From contig OX638150.1 in assembly GCA_951804945.1 (NCBI GenBank), forward strand, positions 70,928,001 to 70,992,000: a stretch of DNA of 64,000 nt, read 5' to 3'. Both the position numbers and the translations under genes were made by a program. Each line of letters opens with the position of its first letter. Positions within the stretch are counted from its first letter, which is position 1. Positions 1 through 11,700 of this stretch are shown one piece after another. The notes under the pieces are model-generated. The model saw only the letters and a list, made by a program, of their open reading frames with translations. It was not told the DNA's origin and searched no databases. Origin of the DNA: Podarcis cretensis. Lineage: Eukaryota.

Positions 1-49
1 GGAAAAGAATAACCACATTTTTTCACCACCGCCAGAGACGAGAACATAC

Positions 50-680
50 ATAGGAGTGTTTTTGAGGTATCTTGACTTGGGTGATGATCCCACCACATTT
101 GTATGGAGAAAAAGAAGACGTATCTCCAACTTCCAAGCTGCAGGTTCCTAAACAGATACAGATCACAAACATTAGGTCTGTTCTCTTAGTTGTTCAATGG
201 GACGGAAGTCAAATAAAATGATATAAACCCATTCTCTGCAAGGTAGACACCTGCATTTCTTCTGGAGGTCTCTTGTCCTATCAGGTGCTTTAATACTCAC
301 TAGTGAAGTCCCACAAGGTTCCTAATAGGAGTGACATGATGCTTCTTTCCCCACAATGCAGTGCCACCCCATCCTTCTGTCAAACTCCACTCTCATAATC
401 TTTGCCTGTCCATCTTCCTGATCCACATCTGTCCTCCTATTCTCCTCTGGACACTTTCTGTGTGCAGGCAGGCACTGTACCCAGAGACATGAGGAGGAGG
501 AGGAAACAGAGAGCCTGTTACCTTTCAGACGGATGAGGCAGGGCTCAGAGGTGTTGAGTTCTGTCATCCCCTCAACCCCGGAGAATACCACCCAGTCACC
601 ATCCTCAAAGCGGTGGCCTTGTCTCTCCTCACTGTCACACGCCACAGTCACTATGCCAGGGTTACTCTGGGGGAAGAGTA

Positions 681-720
<40 letters not shown>

Positions 721-3700
721 GCTACTACTACGGTTAAATACATCACTTAATACCAAAGCAAGCTGCTAGGCAGTTTACAAAGTAGAAAAAAACAGTTACA
801 TTAAAATATAATTGTCCATAATTAAAATATGCAATAAAACAATCACTATAAAACAACACAGCAATGAAAACAGGAGACTCTGGCTGAGAGATCAAAGGAT
901 TGCCTGCATCTGATTAGATGCTTACTCCATCTGTTTAGGGAAGTTTTTAATGTTTGATGTTTTATAGTGTTTTTAATATTCTGTTGGGGGCCGCCCAGAG
1001 TGGCTGGGGAAATCCAGCCAGACGGGTGGGGTATAAATAATAATTAATAATTGTTATTATTATTATTATCCAAGCTTGGAAAGACATCTTGGGGGCTCCT
1101 TTGGAAGGAGGCATGTTCAATCCAGGGTGTGAAGGACATGAGCTCAGAAAGGGTGACACAAGCAGGGCAATAAAGTGCAGGAGACAGATGTTATCTGGGT
1201 GAAGAGACATTACCTGGGTGATGCGGTGAATGGCAGCAGAGGCAGGTTCGGCATCTGAAGGATTGTGCACTATGAAGTGTTCTCCAAAATCACAGAAAAG
1301 TTGCCTGGAGCCAAAAGACAAAAGTTCAAGAAGTCAGACTTCTACTTCGTTTTCCTCCCTACACTCAGTCACTGCTCCACCCTGAGAAAGGCCCTTCACT
1401 TCCACCCATGGGGTCTACCTGCTCAGAGAACCTTCATCCTGCATTACGGAAGGATGAAGGCATCAATTTCACTTTTGCTCCATTTCCCAGTTTTAAGTTC
1501 AGTTCTCCACATTCCCACCTCCATTTGCAAATATTTTTTTGAAAGCCCACACAAAAATTAATTGGAATATTAGTGCAAATTCTAAAATACAGTTGAGAGT
1601 TTGGAGGGGGGTTAGTCTGCATGGTGCCTGAGTCCCTTCTAATGCCTGGGTGCCTAGATCAAGCAAAGGGTTAAAATCTAGTGGAGGATTCCATTGTTGA
1701 ACTAGCCAGGCAAAAGCCAGGGGAGAATGAGCTGGACTAGAAATGGAGTGAGAGCCAGGCTTGATCTCTGTTGGAATGCAAGGCTATAGTTATGGGAGAA
1801 GCAAGACCATATTGGGGTGCTAATGCTAATGCATATTGGGGTGCTAATCCCTCCATCATAGACTCAGGATTTATATATGTGTAAACAAACCATATCTCAT
1901 AAAGACACCACTGTCTCTGCTGTCCCTCATTCCAAGGAAACTGAACCCTGGGTAAGCACGGGAACCCCTGGAATCACACAGCGCTTGGGGATTGGGGCAG
2001 TGTGCAACAATGCACATTTTTAAACAAAAAAAATTATTATAATATGGTGCCATTTTTGTTGTTTCGACTAACATATGCACACTTTACCAATTTACAGGTG
2101 ATTATCATTTCGTGCACAGGTTCCATTCCAGGCACCTTTGCCCATTTGGGGGGGAAGTACATATAAGCGTCCCCCTTCCTCTTCTGGGTCCAAAAGGACC
2201 CACATGTGGGTGATCACATGTTAATTGGACATGCCTAAAATGGTCACCACCGGTATATGCATTTTTGTATACTCAGTGCTTGGCTGGGAAACTTCATGGC
2301 AAAATTCAAAGACGTGCAAATTTTGAAGGACAGATGAGCTTGGTTTTATATCTTGTTTCAGAAAAAAACAAACTCAATTAAGTTCACCCTTAAATGCAAA
2401 TTGAATCAAATCTCTCCCCCATTCCTACCCCGCAGTGCCCAGCCAGAATGCTGGCAGCTGATATAAATTCTTAGTCCACCTCTTATTCTACCCAGAATCA
2501 CTGCACCACTCCAACATCCCAGTCTTGGGACAAGAAGAGAAGCCCCCAACACCTACCCAGCCAGGCCTTTGGTGTCAACTAGGACAAAGCAAATATTCTT
2601 GGAGTGGCAGAAATCACTGATTCGCAGCTGCTCCTCCAAGGGTGAGTTACTCAGGACAACAACCTGTAAAGTTTGGTGCAGAATAGTATCAGAATAGTGA
2701 TCTGCATAATGTAAGAGGCTAAGAAACAGCACAACAGAGAGCACTTTCCAAACAGATTCTCTGTTCCTCATCAATGACAGCGGGTCACGTAGTGGTAAAT
2801 CCCGGAGTGTGGGCCCTTTGCAACAACTTCCATAGTTATGCCTCTTCTGAGACTATACAATAAAAGTGATTTTTCATCAGTGCAGATATTATGGCTTCAA
2901 TTGTTGATGGATCTTAACCATAACTCTTGCTACCAGCTGCCAAATCAGTGAATTCCAGGACGACAAAAAGGAACAGAACTTGCTGACTAGTAACTTGATT
3001 TTTGTTTAGTTTTATTATATACAGCAGAATAAAGCACAGCTTTGTACAAGTTACTATATAGACACAGACAAGATTCAAACTCCTATTCCAAACTCAACAC
3101 TCTAACAACAAACTGCTGTGTCATACTGCTGATAAGGGAGAACTTAGCCAATCACCACCTGTGGCTAGGATTCCCTGTCTCCAAGCAGAATTTCTCAACA
3201 TCAGTACTGAGCCAGCTTTCCCCCCACACCATCTCTCCCATCTGTTTTGCTTCAACAACCAATCTGATGAAGATCTCTGGTGGACTTGAAAGCTTGATCA
3301 GTTTATGACATTTTGGTTGGTTATTTCTGAGCACAGCTTATGTAGATAATTGGCCCCATAAGACAACCCTGCAGTGGTGCTTCTGTCCCTGCTTATTCCT
3401 GATCCCTCACTCGTTGGATCACCACCTGCACCATCGAATGACAGGCAGTGGTACGCCACTCAACACACTGCAGCTATCCCAACCAACCACAGACATGAGA
3501 GCTGATCCCCACTTAGAGATTCAGGTGCAACCTCAGAACAAAACAGTTAGTGGCACTTGATGGTCACTAGGCCATAAATTACCACTATGAGAAACAGCTG
3601 GGCATGGGCAACAGGCTTGTTGCTTTCATTGGGTTAAGAGCAAAAGCTCTCCCACTGATGTAGGTCAGAGCCTGCTGAAGCACTGGAAACAGTGATCACA

Positions 3701-6700
3701 TCCACAGCACCCCATGGCTCCCCCACCCAAAGAATCCTGGGAACTGTGGCTTCCCCTCAAGCACCCTTCACCAACTACAGTTCCCAGGAGTCTTTGGGGG
3801 AAGCCATGTGCTTTAAATGCACTTTAAATGGATGGTGTGGATGTGACCAGAGTTTGATTTTTTATCATCACTAGAGTCACTCCCATGACATGAGACACAC
3901 AGCTCTGTCCTTACCTGGAAAGTAGACAAGAAGCTCTCAGACAGCCCATTGGTATAGGCATGCACAGGGACATGTGTGTTCAGTTCTGCAAGGCGGCACT
4001 GGGAGACCAGAGCTCGGTTTTGCCCCACGTCATTCTCCGACAGATAGAACTGCAGAGACACAGCAATGAGTGAGGATGGTGCGGGAGGATCGCATTGTGG
4101 AGCTGAGTGGATGACAATGGATTTCACCAGTGCTTTTTTTTTCTGGAGGGTACGCATACCCCTAAATGTTTTGTGAATCTTTGTACTTTTGTCCATTTAC
4201 TGTATTTATTTCCCCCCGATTTGAACTATAAAACGGTTATTTTCTTGAGTCAAAATAAGAGTACCCCTAAATATATTTTTTTAGAAAAAAAGCACTGGAT
4301 TTTACTCTTTTACCCACTGCTCTACCACCAAATTCAGGACCCAGCTACATAGGATATTAGCAATGCCATTAGGAATCATGTTGCATGTTTAAAAAATATT
4401 CAATTCTGAGCACAGGTTTTGGAAATAGCAGCATGCAGGGAAGGCAGGTTTAAGTACACGTTGGAGGGGGGGAGTCACTCTTTAGTATCAATGGGAGCTT
4501 TGTTCCCTAATGGTAATTGACACAATCAGGGAGGGGGGTTTCAGAGAGATTATGGCTGGAGAGAAGGCTTAAACCTCCCCTTTCCATATTCTGTGATCTA
4601 TGAAAAAAATGCCCCTCACCACACATTGTGTGTTGCTGTTGTTTTAAAAAAACGCCACCACAAACCGCATTATCAATGTCACACGCAGTTAGGCCCTCAG
4701 TACTACATTGGCTTAGAGCAGACTCCGAATTTGGCTTCCAGCTCCATTCACAGACTCCATCCATCATCAGATATATGCTTTAAAAAGGGAGTGTGCCTAT
4801 TTCTTCATCAGCATAGGGCGGGTTGCAATTCATTATGTGATTGCACCAGAAAACAGGGTGCAGAAAAGAGCATTGTGAGAATATCAGCTTTTATTGACGG
4901 TTTTGTTACTAAAAAAACCCAAGCATCTTGTCCTAATTGTTGCAAGCATAGGCTTAAAACTGTGAGAGCAATGCTTAGTGAAATCTCAGGAGTCCCGAGA
5001 GAAACTTGTCAGGGATTCCAGTGGCCAAGGGGCAGGACTTCAGCACCTTGCATTGCCGCTAGCTTTTCCCATATCTTCAATGAATAATGCAAAAATGTGC
5101 TTATTTATTCAGATCATTAATTCCAGTATGTTCGGGCTCAGTATTTCAATACTTTTAGCTTAGGATAGGTATGTTGTTAAACCAACATTGCAAACATACT
5201 GCTCCAGTCTTTGAAGCCAAATATACTGAAGGAGACATTGAGAACATTGGGGAAGGGCTGTAGCTCATTGGTAGGGCATCTGCCTTCCATGCAGAAGGTC
5301 CCAGGTTCAAACCCCGGCATCTCCAGGTAGTACTGGGAAAGACTTCAGTACAGAAACCCTGAAGAGCAGCTGCCAGTCAGTGCGGCCAATAATAAACTAG
5401 ATGGGCCAATGGTCTGAGTCAGTATAAGGCAGCTTGCTGTGTTGCTTGTGAGAACCAGGGTACCAGAAGGTGGAGTTTTTAAATTAATTTCAAAACAAGC
5501 TGTTGTGAAATTCATAGCCTAATGTAGCAGTGTTTCCAGTTCTGACTGCTTTTAATAATAGCAGCAACTGACTCACCAGACTTCCCAAATTATGCAACCT
5601 TGTTTGAATCTCATGACTAGATTATGCTGGAAGCCATGGAACTACCAATTGTTTTTTTTTTTTGGTGGGGGGCATCTAATTGTAGTTATTATTACAGTGG
5701 GCTATAGACTTGGATCAGTCAAGAGTTCAGGTGACTTATGATTTAATATAGAGTGTTGGGACATATAGGGCAAATGAAGCAAAATTTGCTGTATAAGTGA
5801 TAGATTTTAGCCTTTGTCACGACAGGATATTGATTAATTTATTTGGACTAATAGTATGCTCTGCCTAGAGTTCTCACAGGGTTCTGGGTTTCAGAATAAA
5901 ATTATATGAAAACAATATAGGATTGACAAATACATGCGAATAGCTTGGCACAAAATCACTAGTGTCAACAATAAGGTCACCACAGATACCCAATGTGAGC
6001 TCTAGAAAGACTTGTTAACAAACACGTCATACACAAAAACTTATCAAATAATGGAAAATGTATGCAATCTATATTTTCATACCTTGACACTATATATATA
6101 TATATATATATATCCTTGGCATAGAATCTTGGGCTCCTTTTACTAGGTCCTAATTTGGAAATTAGTGTTGCAATCCTATAGACTTACGCAGGAAGATGGG
6201 GAGCTTGCTTCTGACTTGGCATGTATAGGATGTTGCCTCAGAGAGGCACTGCTGCAAATATATATTAAGGAAGTGGGAGGGATGGCCCAGAGGAATGCAA
6301 CAATGATAGAAAAAAGCCATAGGGTATGATAACAGTGCCAACGAGGGAAGAGGACTTTGTGCCACATTTCCTTGTTTGCTAGGCAAAGCCTCTAACATGT
6401 TCAATCCTACACATGTAAACTCAGAACACCATTGAGCAGATATAGGATTTCACCCTGGGCTGCATACCTGTGAAGAAAGGTCACTCCACTGAGTCTCACT
6501 CTGGTCATGGACAGTGACAGATTTCACTCCTGCAAGGATGACGTTCTTGGCAATCTCCACCCCCAGGCCCTTCATTCCAGAGACCAGCACAGCTGCTCCC
6601 ACCATCTTCTGCATGGCCTCATAGCCCAGAACATATCTGTGGGGAAAGCACAGCTCTGTGTTTGAAATATGGTGAGTTATGAAGCCCTGGACAGTAGCAT

Positions 6701-7458
6701 TCTCTCACCAGCTTCCCTTAAACTCCACCTCTACCCTTAAACTCCACCCTTGCCAGGCACTTGTACCTGCCCCCATCTCAGCTATGATAGGCACTAACAC
6801 ATTGCCCCCAAAAGAGGAAATGGGTCACCAAACAAGAGGACACAGATTTGCATAAAATGTACACATGCCAATTTATATGTGCAAATTCAATTTTAGAAAT
6901 AATTTGGGGGGGTGCACAGTGGGAGTAGCAGCAGAATCTTGCTGCTCCAGCCCCAGATTCTTTAAAGAGCATCTTCCAGCTGTCCTGATCACCAATAAAC
7001 AGTGGAATACTAGAAGGGGGCATGTTCTGGAAAACACTCTTAAAACCATAAACACACCTATGGTTCAGAGCCCCAGTACAGCCTTCCCATATGATTGTGG
7101 GAACATCCAAGAACTGCTGGAGGCATTACAGGAGTAAGGGCACATACATGCATATGTGGTGGGAATGTCCAACAGTGGTACATTTTTGGTCTGCAGCAAT
7201 GCAGAAAATGTCAACCATTTTGAATGAGCAGGTGGATTTCTCATTGTTCCTTTTGAACATGTTTGAAAATTACAATTTACACATGCATGCAAAGATTTGC
7301 TACTGTTCCTGGGTATTGCAGTGTAGTTAGCCATTGTACAAAGCTGGAAGACAGTGGAGGGTTTGGACCTGGACTTATGGTATTGGAAGGTATGGAATAT
7401 AGCAGTGGTTGAATGACTAACACATCACCACCAATGGGTATTAAGAAGTAAGGAAGCA

Positions 7459-7509
<51 letters not shown>

Positions 7510-8614
7510 CATTTGACATTGCTTGATTGAATCCTTTCACAGTCTGAAACAAAGATGTGTTTGGTTCATGGGCTGACTGTTCTTGTGAAACTATTGCTCT
7601 GGGACTTCATGCCTGGACCCAGGGGACCCTGATCTTGAAGACTGAGAATCTTCCATGTTAGTCTGATGATGGACTGGGATGACATTGACTGTATCCACTA
7701 CTGAAAGGGATTGTTCTAACTTGCACACTTTCATGCTGATGTTTAATTGATTTTCTTTCAGACTTTTGTTTGTTGTCATCTATTCTAATTAAAAAAACCT
7801 GGGGCACTGGCAGCAGAATTAGAGATAATCGTTGTAATTTAGCTATAAACAAGTTAATTTAACTAGACCATGGTGACTTGTATGCTTGCTTGGTCTGCTA
7901 GCCAGGTACTAACTGATGATAGGTAACTTCAGGTCTTTACCATTAGCCTGGACGACTCTTCAAACAGCAACACAATCAACCAGAGGAGTCTTCTCTGCCA
8001 AGTAGGATATGTGGCCCCCATCACACATACCTTAGTTCAGCTTAGTCTGCCATTTCCCCCGAACAAAATACATTCATATCACTGCTCACTCTGTAACATC
8101 TTGCCCCAGTCATAGCACTGTGATCATTTTCAGCCACCCAGGCCTCCTCCAGACAATCTGTTTATTGAGCATGCATTCCGATCTCCATGCACAAGGATGG
8201 CATGCAGGTTATACAACATCTGCTCTTTGCTTATAATTAGTTCTGATTTTTTCTGGGGAGGTTATATGTGAATGAGCATTCATCTTGATTTGGTTGTGGT
8301 AGTGACTGTGGTGTATTTTGCGCCGTCCCATCAGTCAATCATTATTCCACACTTTTTAGTGTATTTCCCCATCACGTTCCTAACTGCAAAAAGTCTGATT
8401 GCTGTTACAGTGGATTTCTTGGGCCTGGGTGTTTTAATCCACTTTAATTGGACAAACCTAAGTTCCCAGTAACCTATTGAATCCCTTCTCAAGATCCTGG
8501 TCGATATCCCTTTTCAGCTCTGCTAGAATGCTTTTATGTAATGTGTCGCAAGACTTACAATTGGCGAGAGTACAGGTCCTCGTTGATCTCAGGAAGGCTC
8601 TTTGAGGCACTCAT
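50..8614 (-). CDS. UBA7: Ubiquitin-like modifier-activating enzyme (E1), UBA7/ISG15-E1; 5' part only, continues beyond the window start
   Basis: Coding exons (minus): 8614-8559, 6636-6468, 4049-3915, 2663-2557, 1304-1214, 666-522, 147-50. All are GT-AG with consistent phases. Translation: [88 protein letters not shown].../[20 protein letters not shown]...[17 protein letters not shown].../SNPGIVTV...[19 protein letters not shown].../[28 protein letters not shown]. This is the E1 N-terminal adenylation and FCCH region. The short N-terminus, 3p21-type neighbours and upstream ISRE favour UBA7 over UBA1. Confidence 0.85.
680..720. repeat. (TTA)n microsatellite
   Basis: About 13 TTA units, just upstream (minus strand) of the acceptor of the UBA7 666-522 exon. 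Confidence 0.95.
930..1070 (+). mobile_element. LINE (L2-like) 3' tail fragment
   Basis: ccgcccagagtggctgggga...gggtataaataataa...(tat)n is a typical lizard LINE 3' terminus. Family assignment is from recall. Confidence 0.55.
1625..2009 (+). mobile_element. Probable solo-LTR remnant
   Basis: Ends in ...gtgtgcaaca and has a TATA/poly(A)-like segment (tatatatgtgtaaacaaacc) and an internal tandem duplication (catattggggtgctaat x2). It resembles a lacertid LTR repeat. The 5' boundary is uncertain. Confidence 0.35.
5249..5445 (+). mobile_element. tRNA-derived squamate SINE (Squam3-like)
   Basis: A-box/B-box-like head (gctgtagctcattggtag ... ggttcaaacccc), body gaaaccctgaagagcagctgccagtcagt, tail ataaggcagcttgc. 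A related copy lies at about 25290-25452. Confidence 0.7.
7040..7330 (+). mobile_element. Degenerate L1-clade LINE ORF2 3' fragment
   Basis: ORF 7091-7330 contains [25 protein letters not shown], which matches the CWRC...GT..HMWW.C....FW Cys-rich C-terminal motif of non-mammalian L1 ORF2. Confidence 0.7.
7462..7506. repeat. (TA)n microsatellite
   Basis: About 22 TA units. A shorter (TA)n run lies at about 6092-6113. Confidence 0.95.
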
Positions 8615-9877
8615 TCTGCTCCTGCCCATCAGAAACAAAAAGCTAAGGCGTCTGTTGAGTAAATTCCTTTCTGCTTCCACAGCCAGAAGCATCATGCCTC
8701 TGAATACCAGTTGTTGGGAATTGCAAGACAAGCCATTGGCCCATCTATTCCAGCATCCTGTTCTCAAACTAGCCAAACAGATTTTCGTGGGTAGCCTGCA
8801 AGCAGGACCCAAACACAACAACACTCTCCCACCTGCAATTCCCAACAAATGGCACTCAGAGGCATACAGTGGAGATAAAACGTTGCCCTCATGTGTGTGA
8901 GCAGGTGTACAGTATGTGTGTGCATTGGACAGTGCAATGTTATGCATGTCTACTCAGAAGGAATAATTTCAAGGTAAATGGAACTGATATTTTATGCTGT
9001 GAACTGCCTTGACATCTTCGGATGAAGGGAGGTATACAAATTTAATAAATTAAATAAATAAATAAATAAATAACCACAGCGGCCTGAACGTAGCCGCAGA
9101 ATTGATGTGTGAAACCCAACTTTCTGTCTGCCGCTGCCACATCTTAGCTTAGCCCAAACCTGACCAGGTAACACGAAGTTGGCCCCAAGAAACCAAACAG
9201 AGAAGGGAGGCATCCTAGTGTGTAAGCCCCATGCAATGCAAAGCATGAGAAAGGCTGCTTTTTCTGGGTTCTTCCAGATCTGCAATCCCCCAGTGCCCAC
9301 AAGAGGCACTGCAGCAGAACACCACAGAATTCATACAGTATTTCTTTTTCACCTTAAAATAAATGCTCATTAACTTGGTTCTTAGTAGCAGCCATGGGCA
9401 TAGCCAAAATTCTGGCTACGCCCATGGTAGCCACTAGATGGTCTATAGCTCAAAAGTGGGAGCATCTTCATGGTTTATACCTTCAACCATGATATGAAAA
9501 CATATGGAATACCGTAATCACCAAGACGATAACTCATAAACTTTGCCTTATGAAAAGTGAAGAACCTGTGGAACATTTCTATGCTACATCATTTCTTATG
9601 TTTCAGGTAACAACCTACTCCTTTCCCATACCATGGAGAGAAATATGATCTTCCTGATTAAATACAGAAATGCAATTATACTTACCTGCATAACATAGAC
9701 ATCTCAGAATCCCAAGAGTTATCTAGTCCAACCCCCTGCGATGCAGGAATCTCAACAGCTTACCTTTTATTCCACGTTGTGTTATTGCTTGTAAGGATAA
9801 AATGCGATATTGTTCACTTGCAGCACCACCCCGAAAGAAAATTAATGTTCTTTTCCAAGGGGAAATCAAAGCCTCAC

Positions 9878-9970
9878 CTGAACTTGGGTCTCTAACGCAA
9901 AGACACAAGCGCCTCAAGGGTTACGACAACCCCACTGAGGATCCTCTTCAACTCATCAAAGCCTGGCTTC
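9878..9970 (-). other. UBA7: Putative non-coding first exon of UBA7
   Basis: Strong minus-strand donor CAG|GTGAGG at 9878/9877, about 110 bp downstream of the ISRE. A candidate acceptor ttttgtttctgatgggcag|G at 8621 precedes the ATG. The 5' end is approximate. Confidence 0.5.
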
Positions 9971-9988
9971 TCCCTCCCTAACCGAGAC

Positions 9989-10006
9989 AAACGAAAGTGA
10001 AAGTGA
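9989..10006. promoter_or_regulatory. ISRE / IRF-binding element (AAACGAAAGTGAAAGTGA)
   Basis: Perfect GAAAGTGAAAGT IRF-E core at 9993-10004, upstream of UBA7, which is a known interferon-stimulated gene. Confidence 0.75.
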
Positions 10007-10199
10007 CAAACAAGGTCTTTTCCCGGCAGCCAGGGGATGGCGCAGCGGTGGCTCAGTTTCTTTGCAGCAACTCGGAGCAGGAATTGAAGGCAGACAGTGC
10101 TGTCTTGAGAATGGTCATTACCCACGTTCATTATTGTTTTATTTCCTTCCTAGTCCTACTCTGAAACCGAAGCAGTATGAGTAGATTTCTGCAGCCCTT

Positions 10200-11700
10200 G
10201 AATCAAGGGGCTGGCGGGGAGAAAAGAGAGTCAAAACCAGACGCAGCCGACGTAGTCAGGCCGCGGGGAGCGTCTCCCGGTAGCGGCTTTGTACTTTCAT
10301 TAAACTGGTTGTCCAGATCTGCTTGATTTCCAGTTACTGGGGCGGCGGGAGGCTGACCTCTTGGTTCATGAACCGGGCGCGCTCCCACCATATGTAGGTC
10401 CACATAGTTCAGTGCGGCTCTCTACACTGACTGGCAGCAGATCTCCAAAAACAGCGACGAACATAGGAGCCAACTCCTTAGGGCCGTGGGGGCTTTGGCC
10501 CCTACAATAAAATATTTGAGGGGGCCGCGCCCCACCAAAATTGATGGGCATTCCAATTCAGTGTGCGCGCGCTGCGTCATGTGATCGATTATGCGGAGCG
10601 GGGTTTATCTTGGGCCGCCCCACAATATTTTATTCAAGTTGTCACCCCTGGCTACGAAAAATAGCGAAGTCATTTCAGGAAAAGTTGCAAAAGGTTCTCA
10701 TGGAAGGGCGGGGGCGTTGCTTCACGGTAGTGTGGTGCCTTCTTTCGAGCAGTTTCCTAAGATTATACAGCACCTGCCTTCCCACGTCGCGGCCCGCCTT
10801 CTTCTCCTTCGCGAGCTAGCTCACGCCGGGCCTGGAAGGTGATGCCTTGCAAATGCCGCAAGCAAGCAAAAGTAAATAACAATATATCGGGAAAGTTGTG
10901 CAACTCAGCCCTGCGCCCATTTCACCTGAACCTCTTTGAAAGCCGGGGGGGGGCGGGGGAGAAACTACTCGCGGGCAAAATAGGACAGGATCGGGTTATA
11001 AGGGTGAGATCCTAACCAGATCCGCACCAGGAAGAAAGTCTCATTGAACATAACGGGGACTTGCACCCGGGTAAACGCGCCCTGTGGAAAAAGCGGTGCA
11101 GGCGGGGTGGGTGGGAGGGAGGGAGAACTGGGGGCGGGAAGAGAGCCTCGCGGGGCGGGGCCTGGATCTTTCCCTGGGGCGCACGCGCGGCGCCGCTGAC
11201 AGTTTCCCCGGGGCTTGTGGCGCAGAGCCTCTCCCTCTCCCGCCGCCTTTGCGAGTGGGATGGCGGCGGCCACGGCGGAGGAGGCGGTGGCTGCTGCTGC
11301 GGCGGCGGCTGCTGCTGCTTCTGGGCCGGCGGAGTGGGAGGTGCCGACGAAGGCGCTGCGGGCTTTCACTTGGCTTTGGCAGGAGTTCATGTCGGACTGG
11401 GAGGCCCAGGACTTGCGCGCCGCCCTCTTCCAGCTGCTCCTGCTCTGGCTGCTGGTGAGCTTGCTCGGCATCCAGGTGGCCTGGCGGGTCTACGGCAACA
11501 CCGTCACGGGCCTCTACTACCGGCAAGGTAGGGCTCCCTTCCGAGGCGGGCGCTGCAGCAGCTGCCGCCGCCTTCTTTGTTTACCTCGCGTGACCCACCC
11601 AGCGCTTCCTCTCGCTTCGGCGTAATCCCCACCCCGGGGTAGCTGCCTCTGGGTTGCTGCTCCGCTTTCGCTTCCTACCCCGTGGCTACGCCTCGCGCTT
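10200..11700. promoter_or_regulatory. CpG island / TCTA promoter, divergent from UBA7
   Basis: High CpG and GC density with GC boxes (ggggcgggg at about 11152) around TCTA exon 1. Confidence 0.75.

Noticed and set aside
322-521. Open frame continuing past the UBA7 donor at 522
   Set aside because: A canonical donor and an in-phase next exon (147-50) explain the gene. The read-through peptide has no E1 similarity.
3770-3790. ACTACA..TCCC motifs in introns (also about 21218 and 58864)
   Set aside because: They occur inside common lizard repeats, away from promoters, so they were not called as ZNF143 sites.
5255-5320. tRNA-like sequence (also at about 58975-59040)
   Set aside because: These are degenerate SINE heads followed by SINE body and tail, not intact tRNA cloverleaves.
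10965-11531. Several overlapping 120-170 aa ORFs on both strands around TCTA exon 1
   Set aside because: These are by-products of GC-rich CpG-island sequence with few stop codons. Only the TCTA frame has homology and splice support.
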